Source of the DNA: an uncultured Methanosarcinales archaeon | Lineage (GTDB): Archaea > Nanobdellota > Nanobdellia > Woesearchaeales > GW2011-AR9 | NCBI GenBank assembly: GCA_964404595.1 | Contig: CAYOKQ010000003.1 | Coordinates: 1-46,924 of the forward strand | DNA: 46,924 nt | Direction of reading: 5' to 3' | Part shown: positions 1 to 8,612 of the stretch, piece after piece | Position numbering within the stretch: the first letter of the stretch is position 1 | Layout of the letters: each line of letters opens with the position of its first letter | Translations under genes and position numbers: made by a program | The notes under the pieces: generated by a model | Told to the model about the DNA's origin: nothing | Databases searched by the model: none | What the model saw: only the letters and a program-made list of their open reading frames with translations

Positions 1-573
1 TTTGGCATGATCTATTTCTTTGCGGGCAGCATATGTTTCTATATCAATTGCCAGTATTTTTACTTTTGAAATCACTTCTTTGCTTTCCTGTTCGATGCCG
101 TGGGCAAAAAAAGCCGGCACACGCAGCGAATCTTCCTTGCCGTAACTACCCGTTACTTTTACTAAAGTCATGGGGATTATGTCCATGTCTCGCAGGTAGC
201 GATGGATGAAGAGAATATCTTTCTCATAGCATTGAATCCCTGCCGCGTGCAGTTCTTTGCTGATCAATGGCACCGCTTTAGGATAATTGACAAATATTTT
301 CCAGAATTTCTTTGTTGTGCCCAGTAATTCTTTTTCTACTTCTTCCCATGAAACCGCAAATGCAGGTCCATCAGATCCTTCTATCCGAAGTGTTTCCAGT
401 TTTTCTGTGAGCGCCGCGTGATCTATTCCTTCGATAGCAGCATAAAAGAACGGTGCATGGGTATGGATGACGCAGATTTTCTGCCCGGCACTGGTTTTCC
501 CGTACATGTACACCAGCACTTTTCCATCTTTTATTTTGTAATCAAAATCGAGAGGGTAGAAGAGGAGTTCCAT
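1..573 (-). CDS. polB: Family B DNA polymerase, N-terminal part (gene continues past the window start)
   Basis: Absent from the ORF track because it runs off the window. Minus-strand translation from the ATG at 573 reads MELLFYPLDFDYKIKDGKVLVYMYGKTSAGQKICV...KVKILAIDIETYAARKEIDHAK. The N-terminal pattern and the Exo I motif (D-I-E-T) are typical of archaeal PolB. The 573 nt equal 191 codons in frame. Confidence 0.75.
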   Translation of the reverse strand, partial: MELLFYPLDFDYKIKDGKVLVYMYGKTSAGQKICVIHTHAPFFYAAIEGIDHAALTEKLETLRIEGSDGPAFAVSWEEVEKELLGTTKKFWKIFVNYPKAVPLISKELHAAGIQCYEKDILFIHRYLRDMDIIPMTLVKVTGSYGKEDSLRVPAFFAHGIEQESKEVISKVKILAIDIETYAARKEIDHAK

Positions 574-594
574 GGTTACTTCTGAAGAGAGGTG

Positions 595-604
595 TTTTTA
601 TAAA
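595..604 (-). promoter_or_regulatory. TATA-like box upstream of polB
   Basis: The minus strand reads TTTATAAAAA, centred about 27 nt upstream of the ATG at 573. This spacing fits an archaeal leaderless promoter. Confidence 0.4.
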
Positions 605-670
605 GGTTGTTGAGAGAAAGTTACCTAATTCCCACAATATACTTTCTTCCTCCTTCAAAATATCCTAAAA

Positions 671-680
671 ATTTATAAAG
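671..680 (+). promoter_or_regulatory. TATA-like box upstream of the small ORF at 702
   Basis: ATTTATAAAG is centred about 27 nt upstream of the ATG at 702 and lies divergent to the polB promoter. Confidence 0.35.
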
Positions 681-701
681 TTCCTTGCTAACATACGCTT
701 C

Positions 702-872
702 ATGCCCAAGAAAAAGAAGGCCGATGTTGACAAAAACCGAAGATTGGACGCTTTTCTCACCCAATTACAGATAGAACAAGATAAAAAAGAGCAGATTCTC
801 AGATATGTGGAAGAATTGACCTTTAACGTCGTACAGGGGAAGGAAGAGCCGAAGTTAAGGCTAAGGAAATGA
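702..872 (+). CDS. Small basic hypothetical protein (56 aa)
   Basis: My own translation is MPKKKKADVDKNRRLDAFLTQLQIEQDKKEQILRYVEELTFNVVQGKEEPKLRLRK*. It is below the ORF-track size cutoff and is supported only by the correctly spaced TATA box. Confidence 0.35.
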   Translation: MPKKKKADVDKNRRLDAFLTQLQIEQDKKEQILRYVEELTFNVVQGKEEPKLRLRK

Positions 873-1073
873 TGAAATATTCTATCTTAATTTCTGGAAA
901 AATTCTTCATACACTTATCTCTTGCACTCCTACGAATTTAATCTGCTCTTCATTCACAGTGGTCTTATCTTCAGCCTGTACTTCTAAGCATAGCTCTATA
1001 CCTCTTTGATGTTAGCCATAAGTTCATCGAGAGTATCGCTTTGTTAGATTTTTAGTTAAAAAGATAAGAAATT

Positions 1074-1517
1074 TTATTGTGAATATTCTGCAAATGATCG
1101 TGTGGCATTCTGAGTATCTCCTGCTTCACGATATGCGGCTGGAAGTAAAAGCAGTTTCTTCCGATTCCCTGTTAATTTCCATAACCTTTCGGCATCGGCT
1201 AATCTGCCTTTTGCATAATATGTATCTGCAAGTGTGGAAAGCCCTTGGCTGTTTCCCGTTACTTTCCATTTTTCTTCAGCATCTTGGAGCATCCCTTTGG
1301 TGTAAAGTGCATCGGCAAGCTGGTTTTGTAAAAATGAAACATCTTGCTCATGAAGTCTCTTGTCATGGGCGCATCTGCCGATAAATGCATCTGCACGATT
1401 AACTTGTTCTAATTTTATGTAATGTTGAGTGAGATCAATTAAATCTATTGGCTTTAAAAAAGACATATAACTTTCGAGAGTCTGATCACTCAATTCTTTT
1501 ACGCTCTCTCGCACCAC
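1074..1517 (-). CDS. TPR/Sel1-like repeat protein
   Basis: Internal repeat TKGMLQDAEEKWKVTGN / AKGRLADAERLWKLTGN. The rest has a helical-repeat character. Confidence 0.5.
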   Translation of the reverse strand: MVRESVKELSDQTLESYMSFLKPIDLIDLTQHYIKLEQVNRADAFIGRCAHDKRLHEQDVSFLQNQLADALYTKGMLQDAEEKWKVTGNSQGLSTLADTYYAKGRLADAERLWKLTGNRKKLLLLPAAYREAGDTQNATRSFAEYSQ

Positions 1518-1535
1518 AGTAGATATTAAGTCTTT

Positions 1536-2063
1536 TCATGGGTCACTAATCTTTCTGGTTATTTTCACCCCTTCGGCAGAATTTCGCTGTAAATGATTGG
1601 CCAAGAGATCAAGATATAGTGCATCGGTGTAATCGCTACTTAATCCATTTGGAAGAGTTCCTTCGGAAAGTAATCTATCAGCAAGAGTTTGGTAATTGGC
1701 ACTAAATTCTTCATCCATTTCTTCTTTTCCAGAATGTCTACTTTTCCAGACTTTAGCAATACTCCCAGCTACTTTTCCAGTAACCAATGCTCCTGCAATT
1801 GTAGCTCCAATATATCCTCCAAGGTACGCTAATTCTCCCCATTGTCTGATCCCATCATGATTAAGTTCATATCCCGGTGTCCAGGAAGGCTGGAAACTCC
1901 ACCCCCCATTAGCACTATTTGAACCCAGGTCGGAGATAAAAAGAAGAGTTCCTAATCCTCCCACTATGCACGCCGCAGTCCCTACTTTTTCAGCTACTGC
2001 GTCAGCAGCTTTTTGAGCATCATATTCTCGTACAAGTTTAAGACTTCTATTTTCAAGACCCAT
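1536..2063 (-). CDS. Hypothetical Gly-rich membrane-associated protein
   Basis: 175-aa ORF with Gly/Ala-rich hydrophobic stretches (GGLGTLLFISDLG, GGYIGATIAGALVTG). It sits 18 nt upstream of the TPR gene on the same strand. Confidence 0.45.
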   Translation of the reverse strand: MGLENRSLKLVREYDAQKAADAVAEKVGTAACIVGGLGTLLFISDLGSNSANGGWSFQPSWTPGYELNHDGIRQWGELAYLGGYIGATIAGALVTGKVAGSIAKVWKSRHSGKEEMDEEFSANYQTLADRLLSEGTLPNGLSSDYTDALYLDLLANHLQRNSAEGVKITRKISDP

Positions 2064-2227
2064 TACCTCTTGAAACCAACGCTGATTTATAAATCTTTCG
2101 TCATTGTTTAGTAGTTTAAATATAGTGGGGACTCTTTTCTTTTCAGCGCTTTCAGCAGATAATTCTTTCCAACTACCTGCAAAAGTCAGTTAGAAACATT
2201 TAAAAAGATGCTGGTTATAAACATTAT

Positions 2228-2359
2228 ATGGAAACAGTAACCATCCCCAAAGCAGAATATGAACATTTAAAAGAATTAGCGGAAGTAGATGTACAACTCG
2301 TCGAAAAAATCAAAAGAAGTTTAGAAGATATCAAGCATGGAAGAATAAAAGAATGGTGA
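2228..2359 (+). CDS. Small antitoxin-like protein (43 aa)
   Basis: My own translation is METVTIPKAEYEHLKELAEVDVQLVEKIKRSLEDIKHGRIKEW*. It is short and helical, resembles small antitoxins, and lies convergent and directly abutting the RelE/ParE-like ORF. Confidence 0.35.
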   Translation: METVTIPKAEYEHLKELAEVDVQLVEKIKRSLEDIKHGRIKEW

Positions 2360-2683
2360 TTATATTACTTTACAAATTGTTTCTAACACATAACGCTGAT
2401 ATTCTGCCATATCTATTAAAATACTATTGATAGTTACTTGCTGCGTTTTCTTATCGCTAATGGCAATAATGAGGATTACTTTATAATTTTCATAAAAAAG
2501 ATAATAGATTCTTTTTCCATTTAATTTCTTCTCTTTGAAGAAGGAGAGGCCAGAAAGTGGTTTGCCAACACTCCCTCCTTGCTCTTTTAATTGAGCAATG
2601 GTTTTGTGTATTCTTATCTGCTCAGAATTATCTAACTTGTTGAAATCTTTATCAAATTCTTCGGTTGTGAATACCCTGTACAT
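2360..2683 (-). CDS. RelE/ParE-superfamily toxin-like protein
   Basis: Pattern F..EF.KDF.KL......I.K.I..L.....G.PL.G...F.EKKL.GKRIYY....... is typical of RelE/ParE-fold toxins. Confidence 0.55.
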   Translation of the reverse strand: MYRVFTTEEFDKDFNKLDNSEQIRIHKTIAQLKEQGGSVGKPLSGLSFFKEKKLNGKRIYYLFYENYKVILIIAISDKKTQQVTINSILIDMAEYQRYVLETICKVI

Positions 2684-2699
2684 TTTTGGTTAATGCTTA

Positions 2700-3212
2700 T
2701 TACGGCAATCTCTTCAACGCTTTCAGCAAATAATTTGTTTTATTTTCTTTCTCTGCAACTTTCTCCGGCTGCTTCTCATTATTCTCTTTTTTTATTTCTT
2801 TCTTGGGCTTTTCCAACTCTTCTTTGAGCGTTAAAGCCGTAATTTCTAATTCATCTTCAGCAACCTGCTGCGGCTGCCAAGTCAACTGCACCCCATCATT
2901 CTCCGTACGGGGAACAACTTCAATGGCAAAATGCGGAACTTTTTGTCCTCCGGCAAGGCCGTTTTGAATAAATACATTGGTTCCTTGACATCCCATCGCT
3001 TCAAAAATAGCCACGCCGGCTTTATTGGCAAGCACTGCGCATTTCTGCAGCAGAAAATCCGGAACGAGTTCCATGATGGTGAAATGCTCTCGGGGAAAAA
3101 TAGTAACTTGTCCACTTGCCAGCGCCGTATCTTTAATAGCAGCAATGACTTCATTGTCTTCATACACGAGGTTCCTTTTTTCTTCCACTATTTCACAGTA
3201 TTCGCATTTCAT
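2700..3212 (-). CDS. HIT-superfamily protein with degenerate histidine triad and a Lys/Glu-rich tail
   Basis: N-terminal CEYC, then GTNVFIQNGLAGGQKVPHFAIEVVPR where canonical HIT proteins have H-x-H-x-H-x-x. The C-terminus is KKEIKKENNEKQPEK-rich. Confidence 0.75.
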   Translation of the reverse strand: MKCEYCEIVEEKRNLVYEDNEVIAAIKDTALASGQVTIFPREHFTIMELVPDFLLQKCAVLANKAGVAIFEAMGCQGTNVFIQNGLAGGQKVPHFAIEVVPRTENDGVQLTWQPQQVAEDELEITALTLKEELEKPKKEIKKENNEKQPEKVAEKENKTNYLLKALKRLP

Positions 3213-3214
3213 GT

Positions 3215-3925
3215 TTATTTGAATAAATTAGCTATATCATCCAGGCTCACATCTTCACCATTTCTCGATGGCTCTGGTTTCTCTTTTTTTGGAGATTTTT
3301 TGACCGATTCTTTGGGTGCAGATCTTTCTTTTTTTGAAACTGTTTCTTTATTCTGTTCTGGAATTGCTTTTTGAATCTTTTTTTCTTCCATATCTATCAC
3401 TTCTCTCTTAATCTTGAGCACTTGATTTAATTTATTCTCGACCGCTATCTTTATTTTGGTTCTAGCCTCTCTCTCCACCAGCTTTTCTTCCAGCTCAAAC
3501 AGCTTGTCCCCTTCTTTTCTGGGAATGAGGTGAAGCATAAAATGCTGTGATTTTTGCCCCGCAGCTAAGCCGTTGGCGATAAACACATTCGTGCCCGACA
3601 TTTTCAACCCCCTTAACAGCACTTGAGAAATCTGCCTGGCTGCAGCAAATACGTAGGCAATGGTTTCATCGGGAACTTGAGGCATGATCGCATAATGTTC
3701 TTTGGGCAGAATTAAGATGTGTCCTTTGGCAGCCGGATTGATATCCAGAACGGCAAGACAGAATTGGTCTTCATAGATTTTTTTAGATGGAATTTTACCT
3801 GCCACGATCTGGCAGAAGATGCATTGCTGTTTTTGTAATTGCAGCAATTGCTCTGGAGACATATTTTTAAGCTTTTCCTGCAGTTCTTTTTTTTGCTCTT
3901 CGGTAAGTTGGGGCTGGTCGGGCAT
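3215..3925 (-). CDS. HIT-superfamily protein with the middle His replaced and a Lys-rich tail
   Basis: CIFCQIVAGKIPSKKIYED...GHILILPKEHY...GTNVFIANGLAAGQKSQHFMLHLIPR. It is a tandem paralogue of the preceding gene with a 2-nt spacer. Confidence 0.8.
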   Translation of the reverse strand: MPDQPQLTEEQKKELQEKLKNMSPEQLLQLQKQQCIFCQIVAGKIPSKKIYEDQFCLAVLDINPAAKGHILILPKEHYAIMPQVPDETIAYVFAAARQISQVLLRGLKMSGTNVFIANGLAAGQKSQHFMLHLIPRKEGDKLFELEEKLVEREARTKIKIAVENKLNQVLKIKREVIDMEEKKIQKAIPEQNKETVSKKERSAPKESVKKSPKKEKPEPSRNGEDVSLDDIANLFK

Positions 3926-4086
3926 ATCGCAAAAGAGAAGAAGGATGTTTATAAAAGTTTGGAAAAAAAGAAAAAAGCGAGGTTCGCCTAGACTTTCAAT
4001 TACTTTGAGCCACGCTGCGGATTTAACTTTTTGTTTTTACTTTATAGTAGAAAGATTATTAAATAGGCTCTTTCCTCTGACAATTC

Positions 4087-4902
4087 ATGCAAGTCTCAAA
4101 AGCAGCCTTAATAGAAGTCGAACATTCCATTACTCATGAAATGGAGAGTATGCCCTATACTTTTTTCACATTGGATGCTTCCGAAAAGATGAAATATAAT
4201 TCTTTTCGTGGCAAACAGAATGATCTTGAAAGAACCATTGGCCAAATGAGAAGTGAGGGAAAAGAAATAAAGCCCAAAGAAAGGCAAGAAAGAGAAGAAG
4301 AAGTACAAGCAATGTTTGTTGATTTAGTGAAACCTCATTTGGAGCAATCAGGATTAGAAGCCCTTCGATGTTTTGCTGGCTATGGTGAGAATAAAAGAAC
4401 TTTTATAGAAACCCCTTCTTATGCTTTATTTGAAAACAATGAACTTTTTGATGTAACAGTAAGAGTTTTTTATTGGTTTTCTACCAAAGATGAAACATTA
4501 TCATGTACTTCAAATCTTGATTATAGGGCCAAAGGATCTATAATAAAATCTCCTCAAAGACAGATGATTTATGACTTATTAAGAAAAGTGATTGCAGAAA
4601 AAGATCAGGATGGAACGATTTTTCCAATAGTTTCATTTAAAGGAGATTTTGTGTATTTTGCTTCTTCTGAATTAGCCATGCCATTGATTACGTTGGTTAA
4701 AAGCATCATGGAGCAGGTTGGCCCAGAAGCAATGCAAGAATTGAATATTCTTTATGGTGAATATATGAGACAAAGAAGTTATGGGGAAGTTTCTAATACT
4801 ACCATTCAATTAAAAGTATTTAGGGAAGCCTATCAAAGAAAGATAGAAACTGAATTGGTACGAGCTGGATTCATTGAACATAAATTAACCAGAGTAAAAT
4901 AG
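4087..4902 (+). CDS. Hypothetical protein
   Basis: 271-aa ORF with no competing frame. I recognised no motif. Confidence 0.5.
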   Translation: MQVSKAALIEVEHSITHEMESMPYTFFTLDASEKMKYNSFRGKQNDLERTIGQMRSEGKEIKPKERQEREEEVQAMFVDLVKPHLEQSGLEALRCFAGYGENKRTFIETPSYALFENNELFDVTVRVFYWFSTKDETLSCTSNLDYRAKGSIIKSPQRQMIYDLLRKVIAEKDQDGTIFPIVSFKGDFVYFASSELAMPLITLVKSIMEQVGPEAMQELNILYGEYMRQRSYGEVSNTTIQLKVFREAYQRKIETELVRAGFIEHKLTRVK

Positions 4903-4918
4903 TAAGCCTCTCATTGTG

Positions 4919-5731
4919 TCAAACCAAAAAATCCCGTACATTCCTAAAATAAACTTTCACAAACTTCCTAAAATCCAATTTTCTCTCTTTTAATTCCATC
5001 AACGCTAACTGCACATGCGTGCTGCCTTTAGGAAGGGAAAATCCGGCCAAGACGCTCAGATAATTAAGCTGCTGCAAGGATCCCGCGCGGGCGAGCACTG
5101 ACGCTGCTGCTACCTCTACGTATTTAGAATCAGCACGCTCTTCTTGTATATCGCCCGCGATACATCCTGGATATTTATCAACGATATGTTTTCCTGTTCC
5201 TAAGTCTTTAGCGCATTCAGTGTGAAGTTTATTCAGAAGGCCCGTGACATTCCCTTTAAAATCATTATATTCTTCAGGAAGGATGCTGCGAATTTCGCAT
5301 CCGGCAATCTGCTTGATCTTATCAGCCATGGGCAATATTTCTTTATCAGCGAGAGTTTTACTGTCGGCCACACCAAGTGATCTTAATTTTTCTCTGATCT
5401 CATCGTTGGCTTTGACGGCAGCGACCACGATCCCCCCAAAAGTGTCTCCTTTTAATGATTCATCACTGCCGATGACCCAGCCGCTTTCTTGACGGAATTT
5501 TTCTGGTTTAACTTCCTCTCCGATTCTTGCTTTTTGAATTTCTCGGGCTGTCTTTCTCACTTCTTCTGGTGGCCCTTGTAGGAGTAGTTTGCCCGAAGTG
5601 TAGAGAATAAGAACGACTTTGCCTTTGGAAAGACGAACTTCTTCATAGACTGTTTTTGGCTCTTCGAGCGTAAACCTTTTCTTGGCCAATGATACTGCTT
5701 CGTCTTTGCTGACATTGGTGAAGAGAGTCAT
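4919..5731 (-). CDS. rnhC: RNase HIII-like ribonuclease (N-terminal TBP-like domain plus RNase HII/HIII catalytic domain)
   Basis: LYTSGKLLLQG (RNase HIII N-domain signature), VIGSDESLKGDTFGGIVVAAV (D-E catalytic pair), VADSKTLADKEI and ADSKYVEVAAASVLAR. I chose the Met at 5731 as start because it abuts the upstream stop; the ORF track extends to 5761. Confidence 0.7.
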   Translation of the reverse strand: MTLFTNVSKDEAVSLAKKRFTLEEPKTVYEEVRLSKGKVVLILYTSGKLLLQGPPEEVRKTAREIQKARIGEEVKPEKFRQESGWVIGSDESLKGDTFGGIVVAAVKANDEIREKLRSLGVADSKTLADKEILPMADKIKQIAGCEIRSILPEEYNDFKGNVTGLLNKLHTECAKDLGTGKHIVDKYPGCIAGDIQEERADSKYVEVAAASVLARAGSLQQLNYLSVLAGFSLPKGSTHVQLALMELKERKLDFRKFVKVYFRNVRDFLV

Positions 5732-6153
5732 GAAAAGAGGCCTCCTTTTTTCTTCAACCAAAATGACTCCTCTTTTCGATCAAAAGTGATCATGAACTTA
5801 TCGAAAAAGCCTTCCTGACCCAATAAAAATGGAAAATCATTTGGTTTCAGAATAATACTTACGGGAATGGCAAATCTATAAGCTTCATTTCCTTGTCGAA
5901 AAGAGATAATTACTCTCGATTGAACCGATTCAACCATCCCTCCTACTCCTCTGCTTATTTCTCGCTTTCCTGAAAAAGAAAGATTCAGCTGCTGGGCAAG
6001 ATTTTTTGAAATAGCGCAGTCCGCAGCTCCAGAATCAACTATCCCTGAAGTGAGAATAATTTCATTGCCTATCAAAGTAATGGGTATCATTGGAACTTTA
6101 GAAAATGTTCCATCTTTCTGGGGAAAAGACCTATATTTAAACTCTAATACCAT
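5728..6153 (-). CDS. Retropepsin-like (clan AA) aspartic protease
   Basis: IVDSGAADCAISKNLAQQL carries the D-S-G-A active-site motif. The size of about 141 aa from the Met at 6153 (MVLEFKY...) fits single-lobe retropepsin-like proteins. Confidence 0.65.
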   Translation of the reverse strand: MVLEFKYRSFPQKDGTFSKVPMIPITLIGNEIILTSGIVDSGAADCAISKNLAQQLNLSFSGKREISRGVGGMVESVQSRVIISFRQGNEAYRFAIPVSIILKPNDFPFLLGQEGFFDKFMITFDRKEESFWLKKKGGLFS

Positions 6154-6154
6154 C

Positions 6155-6403
6155 TTAAAATATCCACGTCTCTTTTCCCGGAACCATACTAAAAAAAGGA
6201 TGCTTTCCAGGTAATTTTTGTTTAGCTTCATCAAATACAGAATTAAACTTTTTGCCATGTGCCACTACTTTTTTCCCATATATGGCAATCCATTCTCCTC
6301 GATAAGGGGCTAGATCCATGTTCATAAAAGCTTGATATTCGTCATCTATCATAATTTGAAGAAAAGCATAATAGAATTTAAAGCTTTCCCTTGCCTTCTG
6401 CAC
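6155..6403 (-). CDS. Small conserved-looking protein coupled to the aspartic protease
   Basis: 82-aa ORF. Its stop at 6155 lies 1 nt before the protease start at 6153. The GEWIAIYGKKVVAHGKKF pattern resembles small SH3-like partner proteins found beside archaeal retropepsin-like genes. Confidence 0.45.
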   Translation of the reverse strand: MQKARESFKFYYAFLQIMIDDEYQAFMNMDLAPYRGEWIAIYGKKVVAHGKKFNSVFDEAKQKLPGKHPFFSMVPGKETWIF

Positions 6404-6415
6404 ACAATAATCTTT

Positions 6416-7021
6416 CTAAAACTCCCCCAGCACTTTTTGCTTCTTCTTTTCCAGCAGATCTTTATACGATTGCCACCCTTTCCTGAAAAGGTGGGGAAAC
6501 TTATCATGATATTCCCGCAGAAACTCCTGCGTTTTAGGATCGCTCATATATCCTGAACCGCAATCAATGCCGATCTCATTGATGATGTGCTCGATGTGGC
6601 GGTCCCGGATGACTTTTGCGATAACCGATGCAGCAGATACGATAATATGGTTGGCATCTGCTTTGTGCTCTGCAAGCAACGTCGCTTTCTGCCGTACGGC
6701 TTCACTGAGTCTCTCGAGTACATAATTGCGGTACGCCGGAATATTAGGGCTGGGGCAATCAAGAATGATGACGTCCGGGTCTAATTCACAGACCATGCGT
6801 GCTGACGTTTCTGCTTCCAGCCAGTTTAAATTAGTGCCATCGCTTTGCAAGGATAAATCAATGGCGTCAGGTTCAATGACCTCAATTCGAAAATCATGGA
6901 CAATCTCACGGATGCGTTCAAATAATTCTTCTCTTCGTTCACGGCTCAGTTGCTTGCTGTCTTTTACACCCATCCACTCTAATTTCTTCTGCTCTTCCTC
7001 TTTGATGGCTAACGCTACCAT
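6416..7021 (-). CDS. rnhB: RNase HII homologue lacking the N-terminal catalytic D-E motif
   Basis: VKDSKQLSRERREELF, HKADANHIIVSAASVIAKVIRDR, GSGYMSDPKTQEFL and FRKGWQSY all match archaeal RNase HII. See the finding on the missing GIDEAGRG segment. Confidence 0.75.
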   Translation of the reverse strand: MVALAIKEEEQKKLEWMGVKDSKQLSRERREELFERIREIVHDFRIEVIEPDAIDLSLQSDGTNLNWLEAETSARMVCELDPDVIILDCPSPNIPAYRNYVLERLSEAVRQKATLLAEHKADANHIIVSAASVIAKVIRDRHIEHIINEIGIDCGSGYMSDPKTQEFLREYHDKFPHLFRKGWQSYKDLLEKKKQKVLGEF

Positions 7022-7172
7022 GACGAGGGGGCCAAGGACGGGGCCTTTGGGTTTAGAGAAGATATTCTTCGTCTAATCTACCTGCCTCGTCCAAGCCGAC
7101 AATGATTTTAGAGCTCATTTGTAATCTCAAAGCTTCTTCTCTTTAAATAGATTAAGAAAAAATATCATAATG

Positions 7173-7182
7173 TTTATATATA
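7173..7182 (+). promoter_or_regulatory. TATA box for vapBC
   Basis: TTTATATATA is centred about 26 nt upstream of the ATG at 7203. Confidence 0.45.
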
Positions 7183-7202
7183 AGCTATGGTTATATGATT
7201 AT

Positions 7203-7403
7203 ATGGTCACCACCGTTCAGATCCAGGACGAAACTTTAAAGCTGCTTAAGAAGATAAAGGAAGAGACCCATTCTTCTTCTTATGACGAGGCGATTAAAAA
7301 AGTAGTCGCCATGCGGGTGCAGGAATCTTTTGCTGGCTATCTTAAAAAATATGCGACTAAGGACCCTTATAAAGGAGTTAGGGATAAACATGACCGATTC
7401 TAA
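7203..7403 (+). CDS. vapB: VapB-like antitoxin
   Basis: MVTTVQIQDETLKLLKKIKEETHSSSYDEAIKKVV is a small DNA-binding-type antitoxin pattern. It overlaps the PIN gene start by 14 nt. The TATA spacing favours the Met at 7203 over 7170. Confidence 0.6.
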   Translation: MVTTVQIQDETLKLLKKIKEETHSSSYDEAIKKVVAMRVQESFAGYLKKYATKDPYKGVRDKHDRF

Positions 7404-7761
7404 ACTTATCGATACTTCTATTTGGCTGGACTATCTCTTTAAAGATAAATATAAAGAAATAATAGATTTATCCGAAACTGTTCTTATAAGTTCACTTACT
7501 ATTTTTGAGATCAGGAGAAAAATGTTGAAAGATAAACTAGATCACGCCGCCATCGAAGCCGCCTTGTTTTTTGTGCAGAGAAAAAGTTTAATTGAGCCGG
7601 TTTCTACGGAAATTGCGGAACTTGCTGCGCAATTGTCAGTGAAACATCAACTTGCCGCGGCGGATGCCCTCATTTATGCTAGTGCCCAGCATCATAGAGT
7701 TCAACTTATCACCAGAGATAATGATTTTAGGGGATTGTCGGGAGTGACGGTACTTTCATAA
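7390..7761 (+). CDS. vapC: PIN-domain toxin VapC
   Basis: LIDTSIWLDYL (N-terminal acidic residue), SSLTIFEI, ADALIYASA and LITRDNDF are classic PIN motifs. The start at 7390 gives a protein of about 123 aa. Confidence 0.8.
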   Translation: MTDSKLIDTSIWLDYLFKDKYKEIIDLSETVLISSLTIFEIRRKMLKDKLDHAAIEAALFFVQRKSLIEPVSTEIAELAAQLSVKHQLAAADALIYASAQHHRVQLITRDNDFRGLSGVTVLS

Positions 7762-7762
7762 T

Positions 7763-8557
7763 TTACGGTCCCAAACCTACTTCTTCCCATCCTTCCAAAT
7801 CTTTCGCCGTTTCGGTTCTCCAGGTAAAATTTAATTGTGGTAATCGCGGGCAGTATTCCAAAAGTGTTTTTTGCAAGCGTAATATTTCTTCTCTAGTCAA
7901 AAGATTTTCTCTCGAAGATTGCTGCCCAAAATGAATACTTAAGATTTGGTGAATTCCTTCTGGTGCTGGACACTGATACAGGTCAAATCCTGCTCTTGGC
8001 GAGGAAGACGACATAGATGATATAGAAGGGACGTATTCTGATATTTTCATTCTTTGGTATGTATCTCTTATTGTCTCTGGTGTAATCAGTGGTTGTTGCT
8101 CTTTTGGCAAGAAGATGCCTTGTTCCGTTTCCTGATACTGAAGATGAAGGATTCTGCACACATCTCGTAGAAGCGGCCGAGGAGAAAATTCTCCAGGGGG
8201 CATATGCAGCATTCTAAATTTTTCATCACATTGAATTTTTCCATCATCAATGGCAATATCAAAAAAAAGGCTAGGATGCAGGTTTAATTTATTTTCAAGT
8301 ATAAGTCGAAGAGATGTATTTCCGCCATACACAGAAGCTAATGAATGTACTTGCTGAACTGAAAACACATTTTCCCATGCTCTTCTCATATTTATCTCTG
8401 CACTGATGTACGTGAAATCTCCTTCCGTAGCACGTCGGGAAGTTTGCAGTTTTATGCTATATTTATCATTCTTGGCATCAATAGTTCCAGAAATAGCATC
8501 TTCCTGATGTGCGGCTTGCAACAATCGTTCTAAACTCCAAGGGTGTATAATGGTCAT
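7763..8557 (-). CDS. Hypothetical protein
   Basis: 264-aa ORF with no recognisable motif. Its stop lies 1 nt from the vapC stop in convergent orientation. Confidence 0.5.
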   Translation of the reverse strand: MTIIHPWSLERLLQAAHQEDAISGTIDAKNDKYSIKLQTSRRATEGDFTYISAEINMRRAWENVFSVQQVHSLASVYGGNTSLRLILENKLNLHPSLFFDIAIDDGKIQCDEKFRMLHMPPGEFSPRPLLRDVCRILHLQYQETEQGIFLPKEQQPLITPETIRDTYQRMKISEYVPSISSMSSSSPRAGFDLYQCPAPEGIHQILSIHFGQQSSRENLLTREEILRLQKTLLEYCPRLPQLNFTWRTETAKDLEGWEEVGLGP

Positions 8558-8612
8558 AGTTTGTTCTCACGATAGATATTTTCTATTGCTGGCATGGATA
8601 AAGCGTTTCATT

